A stretch of 64,000 nt of DNA from Desulfomonilia bacterium. GTDB lineage: Bacteria; Desulfobacterota; Desulfomonilia; UBA1062. Where the stretch lies: NCBI GenBank assembly GCA_963664325.2, contig CAXXDQ010000003.1:992001-1056000 (forward strand), read 5' to 3'. Below, piece after piece: positions 47,940 to 58,011 of the stretch. The notes below the pieces were generated by a model. It was not told the DNA's origin and did no database searches. It saw nothing but the letters and a program-made list of their open reading frames with translations. Both the position numbers and the translations under genes were made by a program. Numbering within the stretch: position 1 is the stretch's first letter; each line of letters opens with the position of its first letter.

Positions 47940-49286
47940 ATGGAGAAAAAAGAGGCATTCAGGACGATCCCGAAGATGGATGCAATCCTCGGCAGCGAAG
48001 AGCTTGCCTGCCTTCCTCTGCGCCAGGAGATGATCAGGAAGGCCGTGGAGGACGAGCTTAAATTGCTGCGCGATTCAATAAAAAAAGGCGAGATTCAAAA
48101 GAGTCCGGCAGCTCATGAGATAGCGGCAAAGGTTGGAGCGGTACTGAGAGAACTCATTGAAACTGGAATAAGGCCCTTGATAAATGCCACGGGCGTCATG
48201 GTCTATACCAATCTCGGGAGGGCTCCGCTTTCCACGTATGCGCTTATGGCCATGCTTGATGCAGGCGGGTATTCCGACCTTGAATATAATGTCAGGGAAG
48301 GCGGCCGGGGCTCCAGACAGGATCATATTAAAGAAATCGCAAAGGCGGTCTTTGGCGTCGAGGATGCGATTACAGTCAACAACAATGCTGCTGCGGTCAT
48401 GCTCGTTCTGGCAAGCCTGGCTGCGGGCAGGGAAGTGATTGTCTCCAGGGGCGAGCTTGTCGAGATAGGCGGTTCGTTCAGGATGCCGGATGTCATGACG
48501 TTAAGCGGGGCCGTGCTCAGAGAGGTCGGGACGACGAACAAGACCAGACTGTCGGATTATGAATCTGCTATAAACGGGAACACCGGACTCATCATGAAAG
48601 TCCACCGGAGCAACTTTGCGCTCATAGGCTTTACCGATGAGGCTGAAATAAAGGAGCTTGCGGCACTCGCGCATTCAAGAGGCCTGCCCTTTTATGTGGA
48701 CATGGGCTCCGGCATACCGTTCGACCTCGGCCCGTTCGGCATTCACGGCGAATGGACCGTGCAGTCGTGTCTGGCAGACGGTGCCGATATAGTATCTTTC
48801 AGCGGTGACAAGGTTCTGAGCGGACCCCAGGCGGGTATCATTCTCGGCCGTAAGCCGCTCATTTCAAGGATGTCGAAACATCCGCTGCACAGGGCCGTCA
48901 GGATAGACAAGTTCAGTCTTGCCGCTCTTGTTGAAACGCTGAAACTGCTCGGTATGGAGATGTACGAAGAACTGCCGGTATTAAGGATGATTACCGAAGA
49001 CAGCGCCGATGTCAGGAAAAGGGCATTGAGGCTTAAAAGAAAGCTTAAGAAAGCCTCTTCAATAACAGGGACAAAGGCAGTCATCGGCGGTGGGGCGGCG
49101 CCGACCTCATCAATACCTTCTTTTGCAGTCGTAGTTGCCATAGAGGATACCGTTAATGCGCATGCAAGACTCCGCGAGGAAGGGATTGTATGCCGCATCG
49201 AAGATGACAGGCTCATATTCGATATGAAAACCGTATCCGAGGAAGAGATTAAGGACGCGGCCGAAAGGATTAACAATGCCCTTTAA
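47940..49286 (+). CDS. selA: L-seryl-tRNA(Sec) selenium transferase
   Basis: INATGV..TNLGRAP, VNNNAAAV, SRGELVEIGGSFR, EVGTTN and FSGDK (PLP lysine). Confidence 0.96.
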   Translation: MEKKEAFRTIPKMDAILGSEELACLPLRQEMIRKAVEDELKLLRDSIKKGEIQKSPAAHEIAAKVGAVLRELIETGIRPLINATGVMVYTNLGRAPLSTYALMAMLDAGGYSDLEYNVREGGRGSRQDHIKEIAKAVFGVEDAITVNNNAAAVMLVLASLAAGREVIVSRGELVEIGGSFRMPDVMTLSGAVLREVGTTNKTRLSDYESAINGNTGLIMKVHRSNFALIGFTDEAEIKELAALAHSRGLPFYVDMGSGIPFDLGPFGIHGEWTVQSCLADGADIVSFSGDKVLSGPQAGIILGRKPLISRMSKHPLHRAVRIDKFSLAALVETLKLLGMEMYEELPVLRMITEDSADVRKRALRLKRKLKKASSITGTKAVIGGGAAPTSSIPSFAVVVAIEDTVNAHARLREEGIVCRIEDDRLIFDMKTVSEEEIKDAAERINNAL

Positions 49287-50199
49287 GTCACCGTACAGGA
49301 TCGGGATCGCGCTTGGCGGCGGCGGTGTCAGGGGTCTGGCCAACATAGGTGTGCTGAGGGCAATGGAAGAATCGGGAATAAGACCCGATGTGGTATCGGG
49401 GACAAGCATGGGGGCCATTGTCGGCGCCCTCTATGCCGATACTGTAAGCGCATCCATGACGGAAAGCACTGTCAGGAGATTCCTTTCTTCCGAGGAATTC
49501 CTGAAAGAGGTTCAGAAGCTTGGGTCTCTTTCCGGAGGGACGGAAATGGACATGGGTTTCTTTGAAAAGATGTTCGATACTGCAAAAAAAGGATATGCCT
49601 TCTACCGTTTCATGACAAAGGACTCGGTTGTCTCCCAGGCGGCCTTAGAGCAGATTGAAAGGCTGGTTCCGGATAAGAATTTTTCGGATCTCAAACTAAG
49701 GTTTGCCTGCATTGCGCTCGACCTGGTCTCAGGGAATACGGTCATGTTCCGCTCCGGCTCACTGAGGACGGCCATAAGGGCGTCAAGCGCCGTCCCGGGA
49801 GCGCTGCCGCCGGTCAGCATGGAGGGCATGCTGTGTGTCGACGGCGGATGGGCCGAGAGTGTTCCGATATCGGCGGTCCGGCAGCTCGGAGCCCATTTTA
49901 TCATAGCATCCGACGTGACGCGCGATATAACGCCAATCGATGCGAAGACTGACCTGAAAAACAGCATGGATATAATGATCAGGGCGAACGATGTTGCAAG
50001 GTCTTCCATGAATATGCTCAGGACAAAGGAAGCCGATTTTGTAATCCATCCAGAAGTCGGTGATGCACCCTGGTCCGCTTTTGAAAATCTCGATGCCTAC
50101 ATATCGGCCGGTTATAGGGAGGCTAAAAAGGCAATGCCGTCACTCAAAAAGGCCATCCTGAAGTTTAAGGTTACCGGATTTCTGAGGCTGTTAAGGTAA
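49276..50199 (+). CDS. Patatin-like phospholipase
   Basis: GGGGVRG, GTSMG and DGG motifs. Confidence 0.93.
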   Translation: MPFKSPYRIGIALGGGGVRGLANIGVLRAMEESGIRPDVVSGTSMGAIVGALYADTVSASMTESTVRRFLSSEEFLKEVQKLGSLSGGTEMDMGFFEKMFDTAKKGYAFYRFMTKDSVVSQAALEQIERLVPDKNFSDLKLRFACIALDLVSGNTVMFRSGSLRTAIRASSAVPGALPPVSMEGMLCVDGGWAESVPISAVRQLGAHFIIASDVTRDITPIDAKTDLKNSMDIMIRANDVARSSMNMLRTKEADFVIHPEVGDAPWSAFENLDAYISAGYREAKKAMPSLKKAILKFKVTGFLRLLR

Positions 50200-50214
50200 G
50201 CGGGCTGACCGGGC

Positions 50215-51177
50215 ATGGATGAAAATCGGAAAATCGTCCTTTACGTAACCGGGGAAGATTCGGGAAGCCGCCTGGACGTATTCCTTTCAAAGAGGACCGG
50301 GATCAGCCGGTCTGCCTCATCCCGCCTTATCCTGGAACAGAAGGCGACGGTGGATTCAATCCCCAGAAAACCTTCATTTGCTGTTGTGACGGATATGAGA
50401 GTGGTATGCGAGAAGGAAGAGAAAAAACAGTCCGGTCTCATGCCCTGGGAAACAGAACTCAGTGTCCTCTATGACGATGAGGCCCTTATAGTGATCGACA
50501 AGCCTGCAGGGCTTGTAGTTCATCCGGGAGCGGGCAACACGGAAAAAACCCTTGTCCATGCGCTCCTTGCCAAATATCCCCAGATGGCCGGTGTAGGCAG
50601 CATTGAAAGGCCGGGCATTGTCCACAGGCTGGACAAGCTCACGTCAGGCGTCATAGTGATCGCAAAAACGCAGCAGGCATATATAAAACTAGCGGATGCC
50701 TTCAAGGAGCATACGCACAAAAGGGTCTATATCTGCATCTGTTTCGGCGGCATGCAGAAGAACAGCGGCCGCATTGAAACGCTGATCAACCGGAATCCCG
50801 TGGACAGGAAGAAGATGACCTCAAAGGCAAAGTCGGGACGCCCGGCAATAACCAACTGGGAAGTAATGAAATCATGGCCCGGTTTTTCAATGCTTAAACT
50901 GAGTCTTGAAACTGGCAGGACCCACCAGATAAGGGTTCACCTTTCAGACACCGGCCACCCCATAGTAGGCGATATGGAATACGGAGGCAGGGGCCGGGCG
51001 GCCAACATAGCGAATGCAGATATGAGGGCGTATGTGAAGAGCCTCAACAGGCAGATGCTTCATGCGCACATCCTGGGGATCAACCATCCCGTTACAGGGG
51101 AATACATGGAATTCATTTCGCAGCTTCCCGGAGATATGGCGAAGCTCGAACAGGAACTTGACAGGATTTATTCATGA
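50215..51177 (+). CDS. rluD: RluA-family 23S rRNA pseudouridine synthase with S4 domain
   Basis: RLD in S4 domain; KPAGLVVHPG, HRLDKLTSG and TGRTHQIRVH. Confidence 0.9.
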   Translation: MDENRKIVLYVTGEDSGSRLDVFLSKRTGISRSASSRLILEQKATVDSIPRKPSFAVVTDMRVVCEKEEKKQSGLMPWETELSVLYDDEALIVIDKPAGLVVHPGAGNTEKTLVHALLAKYPQMAGVGSIERPGIVHRLDKLTSGVIVIAKTQQAYIKLADAFKEHTHKRVYICICFGGMQKNSGRIETLINRNPVDRKKMTSKAKSGRPAITNWEVMKSWPGFSMLKLSLETGRTHQIRVHLSDTGHPIVGDMEYGGRGRAANIANADMRAYVKSLNRQMLHAHILGINHPVTGEYMEFISQLPGDMAKLEQELDRIYS

Positions 51178-51581
51178 GAACAAGAGAACTCGACAGACTC
51201 GGCAACCACCTCGGGTTAATCAGCAAAGACATGTACAGGCTGTTGAGCATAAAAGCGGACTGGGAAGAGATTGCAGGCAAGGTCTTTGCAGCCCATACCA
51301 TACCTGCAAAACTGAAAGGAACAAAGCTGGAGGTCCTGTGCGATTCACCGGTCTGGGTGCAGCAGATAGGCCTGCTTGAATTAACGCTCATTGAAAACAT
51401 CAGGAAACATACAAGCCTGAGGATAAAAGAGATAAATCCAAAGATAGGGGTGCTTAAACCCGAAGTTCAAATGGTGCTGAGAAAACCCGAGCCCTTTAAA
51501 ATCAATATTGACAGCCGGGCTTACGAGAATATTGAAAATCCAGAACTGAAGCAAAAAATCCGGCGTCTGGTAAGGGAATAG
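51174..51581 (+). CDS. DUF721/DciA family protein
   Basis: WEEIAG...AAHT.P..L....L.V..DSPVW.QQ pattern. Confidence 0.75.
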   Translation: MRTRELDRLGNHLGLISKDMYRLLSIKADWEEIAGKVFAAHTIPAKLKGTKLEVLCDSPVWVQQIGLLELTLIENIRKHTSLRIKEINPKIGVLKPEVQMVLRKPEPFKINIDSRAYENIENPELKQKIRRLVRE

Positions 51582-51731
51582 GGAGCATCTTCATCAGCCA
51601 AGACCTGATATGCAACGGTTGCTACTTAGTTAAGAAGCTTTCACACAAATTGCAATCCGGTGGATTTCTTATTGTCTCGGGACGATTCAATCCTATTGAG
51701 ACTTATAGGGAAGTCGGGAGCAATCAGCATT

Positions 51732-53972
51732 TTATTCACTCAGGGAGCGCTTGAGCAGTTCGGCCTGGCGCAGTATCATGGTCCTTCCTCTGACTTTCAG
51801 CTTGCGTCCGATATGCTCCATGTGTTTTTTAACAGTCACTTCACTTATTCCGAGCTTGGAGGCAATCTGCCGGTTGGAGTATCCAAGCCGGAGACTTGTG
51901 AGAACCCGGATCTCCTGTGTTGTAAGCCCGAATTTCTTCAGAGTGAGAAAAGGTTCGGTTTCAAGGCGCTTGAAATTGATCAGGATGTAGTCGTTTAATG
52001 CATACGCACTGCAGACCAGGTTGTAGCTATCGAGGACCAGGTGCTCCGGGAGTATTTGGCTGTGACTTTTCCCTCTTCTTTTCAGCAATCCGATCTGTAT
52101 TATCCATTCCCTGATTGAAGGGAAAAGCAGGTGTCTCCATGATGGGCCGACCTGGGAATTCATCATGTCCAATGCATCCTCGGTCCACATGACATCGCAC
52201 AGTTGCCTGTCCAGGAGAACCGCCCTGATATGAAAATTCTGTAGCAGGCCCCTGCTGCCCATCTGATAAATAGTGCTTTGCTTGAGGCGTACAATGGATT
52301 GGGCCCAGGAGATTATGAGCGGGGACAGCTTTTGAATTAATGCGACACCTTTCCTGGTATATGGCCGTTGCGGGTTATAGCGGCAAAACTGGATGTAGAC
52401 TCTGTGCTCTTCAGTTCTGGCAACTGGCATAGTAATCGCATAGTGTGTGCCGGTGGCTGCCTCGACTATGTTCTGTGCTGAAAGGTCGTCCTCGGTCCGG
52501 GGTTCCGGCGGGCTGAGGAATACCTCTCCCAGTTCCATGGTCCTGAGTACAGGAAGCCAGGAGAAGTTCTTTCTGATGGCCGTGTATAATTTCTCCCAGT
52601 CAAAATTAAGACCTGAGCTTACAAATATCCTTTCGATGCCATTCACAGTACTGATCCAGTAAATGGCCACCCAGTCTATATGCAGGAATTTCCCCAGAAT
52701 GTTCCTGAACAGATCCGGGGCTTCGTCGAAATTTTTGACTTCCGCAAGCTCGGTATGGAGATTGAAAACGGTCTTCCGCCATTTATTCTTGAGCCAGGAA
52801 GATGCCCTGATACGGCTGTCCTTGGGCAAGACAGCCATGAGCGGCGAAAAGTTTGAATGGGACTGAATTACTGCAGGGAGATCACTTGATATATCGAGCG
52901 CCCTGGCGAGTATCTCCGTCCGGCTGAAGGCTTTCAACTTCGAGCCGATGTTGAAGAGATGCTTTCGTACAGTTGTGTTCTTGATACCCAGGCTTTCTCC
53001 GATCTGGGCATTTGATTTTCCGGAATACAGGCAGTCAATGATTTCTATTTCCCTGGGGGAGAGGCCTAAGGCTAAAAGGGGCGTGAAGTCACTGGACTTC
53101 TTCGTAAGGTTGAGGACAGTGAGAAATATTGTTTTCCCGGATGAGTCTTCAAGCGCAACAGCCCTGCATTCGATTGGACCTGATTCCGAGATGAAGGATG
53201 TCTGGCATGTCGATACACGATCATTCATATCTCCGATCAGCCCGCAGCCTTCAAGCCATTCTCTGAGACTGGCAGGCAGTCCCAGTATAATCGGGTCAGG
53301 AAAGTGTTTGGTAAGAAATTCCTTGGTAGATTTGGGCAGGCCGACAACTTTGAGGTTGCTGTCAAGCATCAGATAGTGGAAAGCGGCCTTCTTTTCGGAA
53401 GCAGAGAGGAGCAGGTCACCGGAGCTCGAAATCCTGGCATTTAGAAGAGCGTTGCCGCTCATGACAAGAGCAGGGGCCAGCAAAGCCAGGGCTTCGGCCT
53501 CATTTCTATCAAAAGGTTTAAGCCTGCGGAACAGAGAAAGATGCAGTCTGAAGCCTTGCGTGACGGACAGGACCAGGTGGATGGAGAATTTAAAACCGCT
53601 GAATTTACTTATGAGTCCCAGGGCATGCTCGTCACCTTCACATCCGGGCCCTTTCATGTACTGGCTGAGGAAGATATCACCGGGCTTGCCTCTGTACAGG
53701 ATAGAGGAATGCATGTCCTCGGCAGTGATGTTCGGATAGACCTTATCCCAGTGAAATGGTGCACCTCTTTCGCATATCAATGTCGGGGACGAGTCGTTAG
53801 CTCCGGAGAAGAATATGCAGAATTCGTTGAAGGTGATGACTTCCCTGATGGGTTTTGTGATCCGCTCGGGTAGATCCTCCAGATCGGAAGCAGCAACCAG
53901 CGCATTGTGGAGCTTCAGTATCGTTTCAGCAGGAACTTCTCCTGGGTCGTATGACACCTCGGCGTGGTTCAT
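51732..53972 (-). CDS. Transcriptional regulator with two tandem (GAF-like sensor + LuxR HTH) modules
   Basis: LSPREIEI...GKSNAQI...TVRKH in mid-protein and LTTQEIRV...GYSNRQI...TVKKH at the C-terminus. Confidence 0.85.
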   Translation of the reverse strand: MNHAEVSYDPGEVPAETILKLHNALVAASDLEDLPERITKPIREVITFNEFCIFFSGANDSSPTLICERGAPFHWDKVYPNITAEDMHSSILYRGKPGDIFLSQYMKGPGCEGDEHALGLISKFSGFKFSIHLVLSVTQGFRLHLSLFRRLKPFDRNEAEALALLAPALVMSGNALLNARISSSGDLLLSASEKKAAFHYLMLDSNLKVVGLPKSTKEFLTKHFPDPIILGLPASLREWLEGCGLIGDMNDRVSTCQTSFISESGPIECRAVALEDSSGKTIFLTVLNLTKKSSDFTPLLALGLSPREIEIIDCLYSGKSNAQIGESLGIKNTTVRKHLFNIGSKLKAFSRTEILARALDISSDLPAVIQSHSNFSPLMAVLPKDSRIRASSWLKNKWRKTVFNLHTELAEVKNFDEAPDLFRNILGKFLHIDWVAIYWISTVNGIERIFVSSGLNFDWEKLYTAIRKNFSWLPVLRTMELGEVFLSPPEPRTEDDLSAQNIVEAATGTHYAITMPVARTEEHRVYIQFCRYNPQRPYTRKGVALIQKLSPLIISWAQSIVRLKQSTIYQMGSRGLLQNFHIRAVLLDRQLCDVMWTEDALDMMNSQVGPSWRHLLFPSIREWIIQIGLLKRRGKSHSQILPEHLVLDSYNLVCSAYALNDYILINFKRLETEPFLTLKKFGLTTQEIRVLTSLRLGYSNRQIASKLGISEVTVKKHMEHIGRKLKVRGRTMILRQAELLKRSLSE

Positions 53973-54580
53973 GAAAATCCCTCCCTTGAAATCTGTCATT
54001 GGAAACCCGATATTTAATCAGGATGTGAAATTATATACAACGCAATAATGGAAATCATACTCAGAGAAATGCAAGTTATTGTCAAGATATGTTTAGAGTT
54101 TGCTAAGAACAGTTGGCGTTTCATAATCTTTGACTCTATTGCATGTCGTATAAATGAGACCCGGGAAATGCCTTTTCATATTATACTAAATGATACCCTG
54201 AAGCCGTTTAGTCCATACTGAAATTTTCATCCATATATTGGGTTTCTGAAATGGCCTGTGACATATGTAATGCAATTCAGATCTGTTCTCGAATTGTGTG
54301 GGCGAAGCTTGTGGCTTTAAAACCCCTTGACATGAAGCTTTTCGGACAGACAATCATAAGGTATCTGTATCGTAAACGTTGAAAAAGAATATTTATGGAG
54401 AACCTCCAATGCCATTCCATTCAACGAATGATACGATTGAAATGGTATACGAAGAGATAATTGTTTTTCCTGAAGGGATCAGATAACTTATATATCATCT
54501 TTATTTTTTATTTATTTACGGGAGGGCTAATAGCCCATGAATCAGAATTTTCAATATTCATGGATCATAGACAGGCAGTA

Positions 54581-54880
54581 ATGGAAGAAAGAAGGAAATA
54601 TCCCAGACGAAAACTAGGCTGCCCTGCATTGTTCAAAGGGGGCACCCAGGCGCTTGAGACTGTCCGTGTTCGTGATATATGCAGAGGCGGCATCTTTGTT
54701 GAAACTAAAAATCCGGCTAACCACGGTGAAACTGTCATTGTAAATATTGATGGATACAATCTGGGCAGGGATATCGGTATTAAAGGCACAGTGGTAAGAA
54801 GCGTTCCTGAATACGGAATAGGTATTCAGATATCATCAACAACAAACGACGAGCATTTAAGAGAATGGCTTTCCAGATAA
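54581..54880 (+). CDS. Stand-alone PilZ domain protein
   Basis: RRKYPR (RxxxR) and DICRGG (DxSxxG variant). Confidence 0.85.
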   Translation: MEERRKYPRRKLGCPALFKGGTQALETVRVRDICRGGIFVETKNPANHGETVIVNIDGYNLGRDIGIKGTVVRSVPEYGIGIQISSTTNDEHLREWLSR

Positions 54881-55410
54881 TCATCCACTCGGTAGAATAA
54901 TCTTGATATTGGGAAGTCCATTTCGCTCCCCGTTTCTTTCATGTCCTTGCTGAAGTAGATATATCCGGTCAACGGTTTCTGTGCTGCCAGTCAGCCCGGA
55001 TGATTATCTTTCCATATTATACGAAAGGATACCATAAGACCATTTCGCCTTTACCGGAACCATCCTTCATATGTTGATATTTCTGTCACAGCCAGTGATC
55101 CAAGAAATATGATTTAGGCCATTATCCCTGCGGGGATGGCTATGCCCGTGGCTGAAAATCCTCTTGGTATGCAGCTTATCGGACGGAAATGTTAAGGTAT
55201 CTGAATCACAGCCGTTTGAGTAAGCGTGATCCGGTTCAATTTCAGGTGCGGGTTCAGATTTACCAAGCATGGTATACTTAAGGATAATATACAAGGCATT
55301 ATGCCAAGAATATAATATCATAAGGAGAATATCTCCTTCTTTACCTGATATCGCCGACAGGACATCCACCCATGAAATCAGGAATTCATAACATGACAAG
55401 GAGGTTTATT

Positions 55411-56127
55411 ATGAAAAGGATTACAGTATTACTATCGGCAATGTTTTTGGTAGCCGTCACACTTAGTGGTTGTATTTTGCCAATCACGGCAATCAGCAAC
55501 TCAATGCTGGCGCTCTCGGCAGACTCTGGCAGCGGGACATCAGCGGATCCTTATATCATCGAGAACAAGACATTCAATATGGCAGGGAAAAATGTCAACG
55601 TAGGCATCCATCTCCGGAACACAACTGCCTATATCATCATCCGCAACATCACAGTCCTCAACGGGACTCAGGCCCTCGGCAATAAAAACAACCAGTCCAA
55701 AGCCAATTGCCTGGGCATTATGCTTGAAAATGTGGCCCATGCGACCATCGAAAACTGCCGCTTCGAAAATAACAATATGGGTATGTGGCTTGAAGGGTGC
55801 TTCAATGTGTCCGCAATCAACAACACGGTTATGAATAACCGCTACCGGGGCATCTACCTGATGGATTCACATGACTGCACCATTGAGGGGAATACAGTCG
55901 ACAGCGATAACCCGGAATATGATCAGAATATCCTGCTCAACATAAATTTCCTGAAACCAGAAAGTGTATGCAAATTTAATCGTGTGCAGGATAACGAGAC
56001 AAAGACTGTCAGCCTCGCAGGCAATGAAAACACTTGTTACAACTACATCACGGGCAATTCGTGGGAAGGCGTGCCCGCCATAGTCTCTGTCGGTTCGGAT
56101 GTATGCGAAGATAACTATATATACTAG
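55411..56127 (+). CDS. Lipoprotein with right-handed parallel beta-helix (NosD-like) repeats
   Basis: Lipobox LSGC; GSGT..DPYII; repeated GI.L...N..I.NN. Confidence 0.82.
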   Translation: MKRITVLLSAMFLVAVTLSGCILPITAISNSMLALSADSGSGTSADPYIIENKTFNMAGKNVNVGIHLRNTTAYIIIRNITVLNGTQALGNKNNQSKANCLGIMLENVAHATIENCRFENNNMGMWLEGCFNVSAINNTVMNNRYRGIYLMDSHDCTIEGNTVDSDNPEYDQNILLNINFLKPESVCKFNRVQDNETKTVSLAGNENTCYNYITGNSWEGVPAIVSVGSDVCEDNYIY

Positions 56128-56144
56128 GCAGAACCTCTCCAGAT

Positions 56145-56175
56145 CCAGAGCCCTGTCTCCATTACGGGGCTCTGG
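56145..56175 (+). terminator. Stem-loop, probable terminator
   Basis: CCAGAGCCC / GGGCTCTGG stem 18 nt after the stop codon. Confidence 0.5.
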
Positions 56176-56678
56176 TAATAATTCAGTCCGCAAACGTTCG
56201 GGCTGTCCTCTACCATAATGCTGTCTGATTCTCTGCTAAAACCCTTTGGAACCAAGAGGGGAAATTGATCATTTGTAATATCTTCTCTGTCTCCATGGTA
56301 TAGCCATGTCATGGCTGGCTGGATGATTCTTACGGGGAGCCTGTAATTTATTTCAGAACGAATATGCTGACTGCTTGAATGCTGCAATCCCAATCCGGGA
56401 TCAGGGTATAAAAAAGCCACAGGGGCCTGCTAAGGATGATGATTTTGGGACAATCGACGAATCTGGAGATATGACTCATCTTTACGCTTGTAAAATAAAG
56501 TTTTATGGGACTTACCTCAATAGAGATAAACCTGAGTTTTGGCTTCAGAAAACCATAAAAGCAAGCCCTCTGGAATTATACCTCTATGGATGTAAAAATC
56601 TGTTTGATAAAAAACACCTGGCGTTATACTGAAAATAGTAATGCTCCCGTGCTGAAGCAGAAACATTTTTATGAGTTG

Positions 56679-56723
56679 TCAAAACCCGTAATGCAGACCG
56701 AACCCCAGGTTTTCTTCGATCTT
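56679..56723 (-). repeat. Degenerate copy of the last 15 codons of the 57272-57733 gene
   Basis: 39/45 identical to 57272-57316; reads KIEENLGFGLHYGF* versus KVDENLRFGLHYGF*. Confidence 0.8.
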
Positions 56724-57271
56724 TTAAAAATGGAATATTCAATGATACCCCAACCTGGAGACTAAGGCGGCAGGAGGAAAATCTGAGTCTTTAATTTCCT
56801 TCTCTTCTTTCTCTATCTCCAGAGTGGAGAACTTCACAAGGACACCTCTGGGCCTGTCCAGGATAACAATGTCGTCTTCCTTTACTATATGCCTGATGTC
56901 GTTAAATCCGAAGTTTATTCTCTCTCCCTCTATGGTTTTCCCCGAGAAATTAAGCATCTTTCATTCCTCCTTTCCTGTTTCGGCTTCCATCCAGATCTTG
57001 CGTTGCTCAATTGTTGTTAATTGAATTTTGCCGCCCCTGTACAATCTGGATCAATAATTAATAATGTTTCACGGCGGTCATAAATATAAATTTTATGGAA
57101 AGTATTTCAATCATGAAAACCCTGAGATTTGTATTCGAAATACCTTAGACGCCTGTCATGTGAATATAATAAACCCTTTAAATATTAAAATTTGATTGAT
57201 GAAAATTCAATGATGGCAGGCTGTATATGATAGTTCCGCCATGCTTGTGCAGAGCTGTTTCATTCAGGTTG

Positions 57272-57733
57272 TTAAAATCCATAATGCAGACCGAACCTCA
57301 GGTTTTCATCGACCTTTTCATCTGGATCCCTGCTGAAAGAAGGATTCAGGTAACCTTCATACACTTTGTATTTCAAAAAAGGTTCCGCGTACAAGGAAAC
57401 ACCCTTTGAAACATTCCAGGACATCCCTGCGCCCAGGTTCAAACCAACGTCATAGCGATAGATATCTTTAAAGGTGGTTTTTTTTGCCCCGGGTTTTTCC
57501 AGGGTGTCCCAGTTGAAATTTCCACCGGTCAATAGATACGGCTGGAAGTATTCGTTATATTTCAGTTTAAAACGGCCGGTTACCTCAGCGGTGCTGTGAT
57601 AATCTTTTGTAACATCAAGTGAGATTGCCTTTTCATCCTTGTCTTCAGCTTTTGCCGCACCGGTATTCAGCACAAGGAACATTGAAATAATCAGGAGAGC
57701 CCATGCATGTCGTTTTATCGCTATTGAATTCAT
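57272..57733 (-). CDS. Small outer-membrane beta-barrel-like protein
   Basis: Signal peptide (AKA); amphipathic strands PYLLTG and GLNLGAG; C-terminal YxF. Confidence 0.7.
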   Translation of the reverse strand: MNSIAIKRHAWALLIISMFLVLNTGAAKAEDKDEKAISLDVTKDYHSTAEVTGRFKLKYNEYFQPYLLTGGNFNWDTLEKPGAKKTTFKDIYRYDVGLNLGAGMSWNVSKGVSLYAEPFLKYKVYEGYLNPSFSRDPDEKVDENLRFGLHYGF

Positions 57734-58011
57734 GGCTTCTGTATTTTTATCTCCATTTTACTTTCTGCACGGCCTTAAAAATCCGTGCTTTCGGAGAAAA
57801 TATATTTTTTCTATTTCTTTTAATAGTACCTCTATTTTAAAAATCAATAATAATTCATAATGCAAAGCAGGTTTTGGTCTATCTGCTTGGTTTTACTGGA
57901 GATGTTTTGTGAATCCGGCATGGCTATTATCCAGGAACTATCGTGTTGAAGGCCATTTTAAAGCATCAGTCCATTACATATATTTCGAAATGCGGGCCCA
58001 GTCGTGCCTGA

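Noticed and set aside
54890-55399. Short ORFs between the PilZ and beta-helix genes
   Set aside because: Fragmentary frames with no recognisable family
56124-56957. Small ORFs 56124-56420, 56375-56632 and 56739-56957
   Set aside because: No motifs support them; 56739-56957 has a GGAGG upstream and may be real, but I cannot assign it
56679-57316. Possible DGR template/variable repeat pair
   Set aside because: The mismatches are not confined to adenines on either strand, the repeat is only 45 bp, and no reverse transcriptase is in the window
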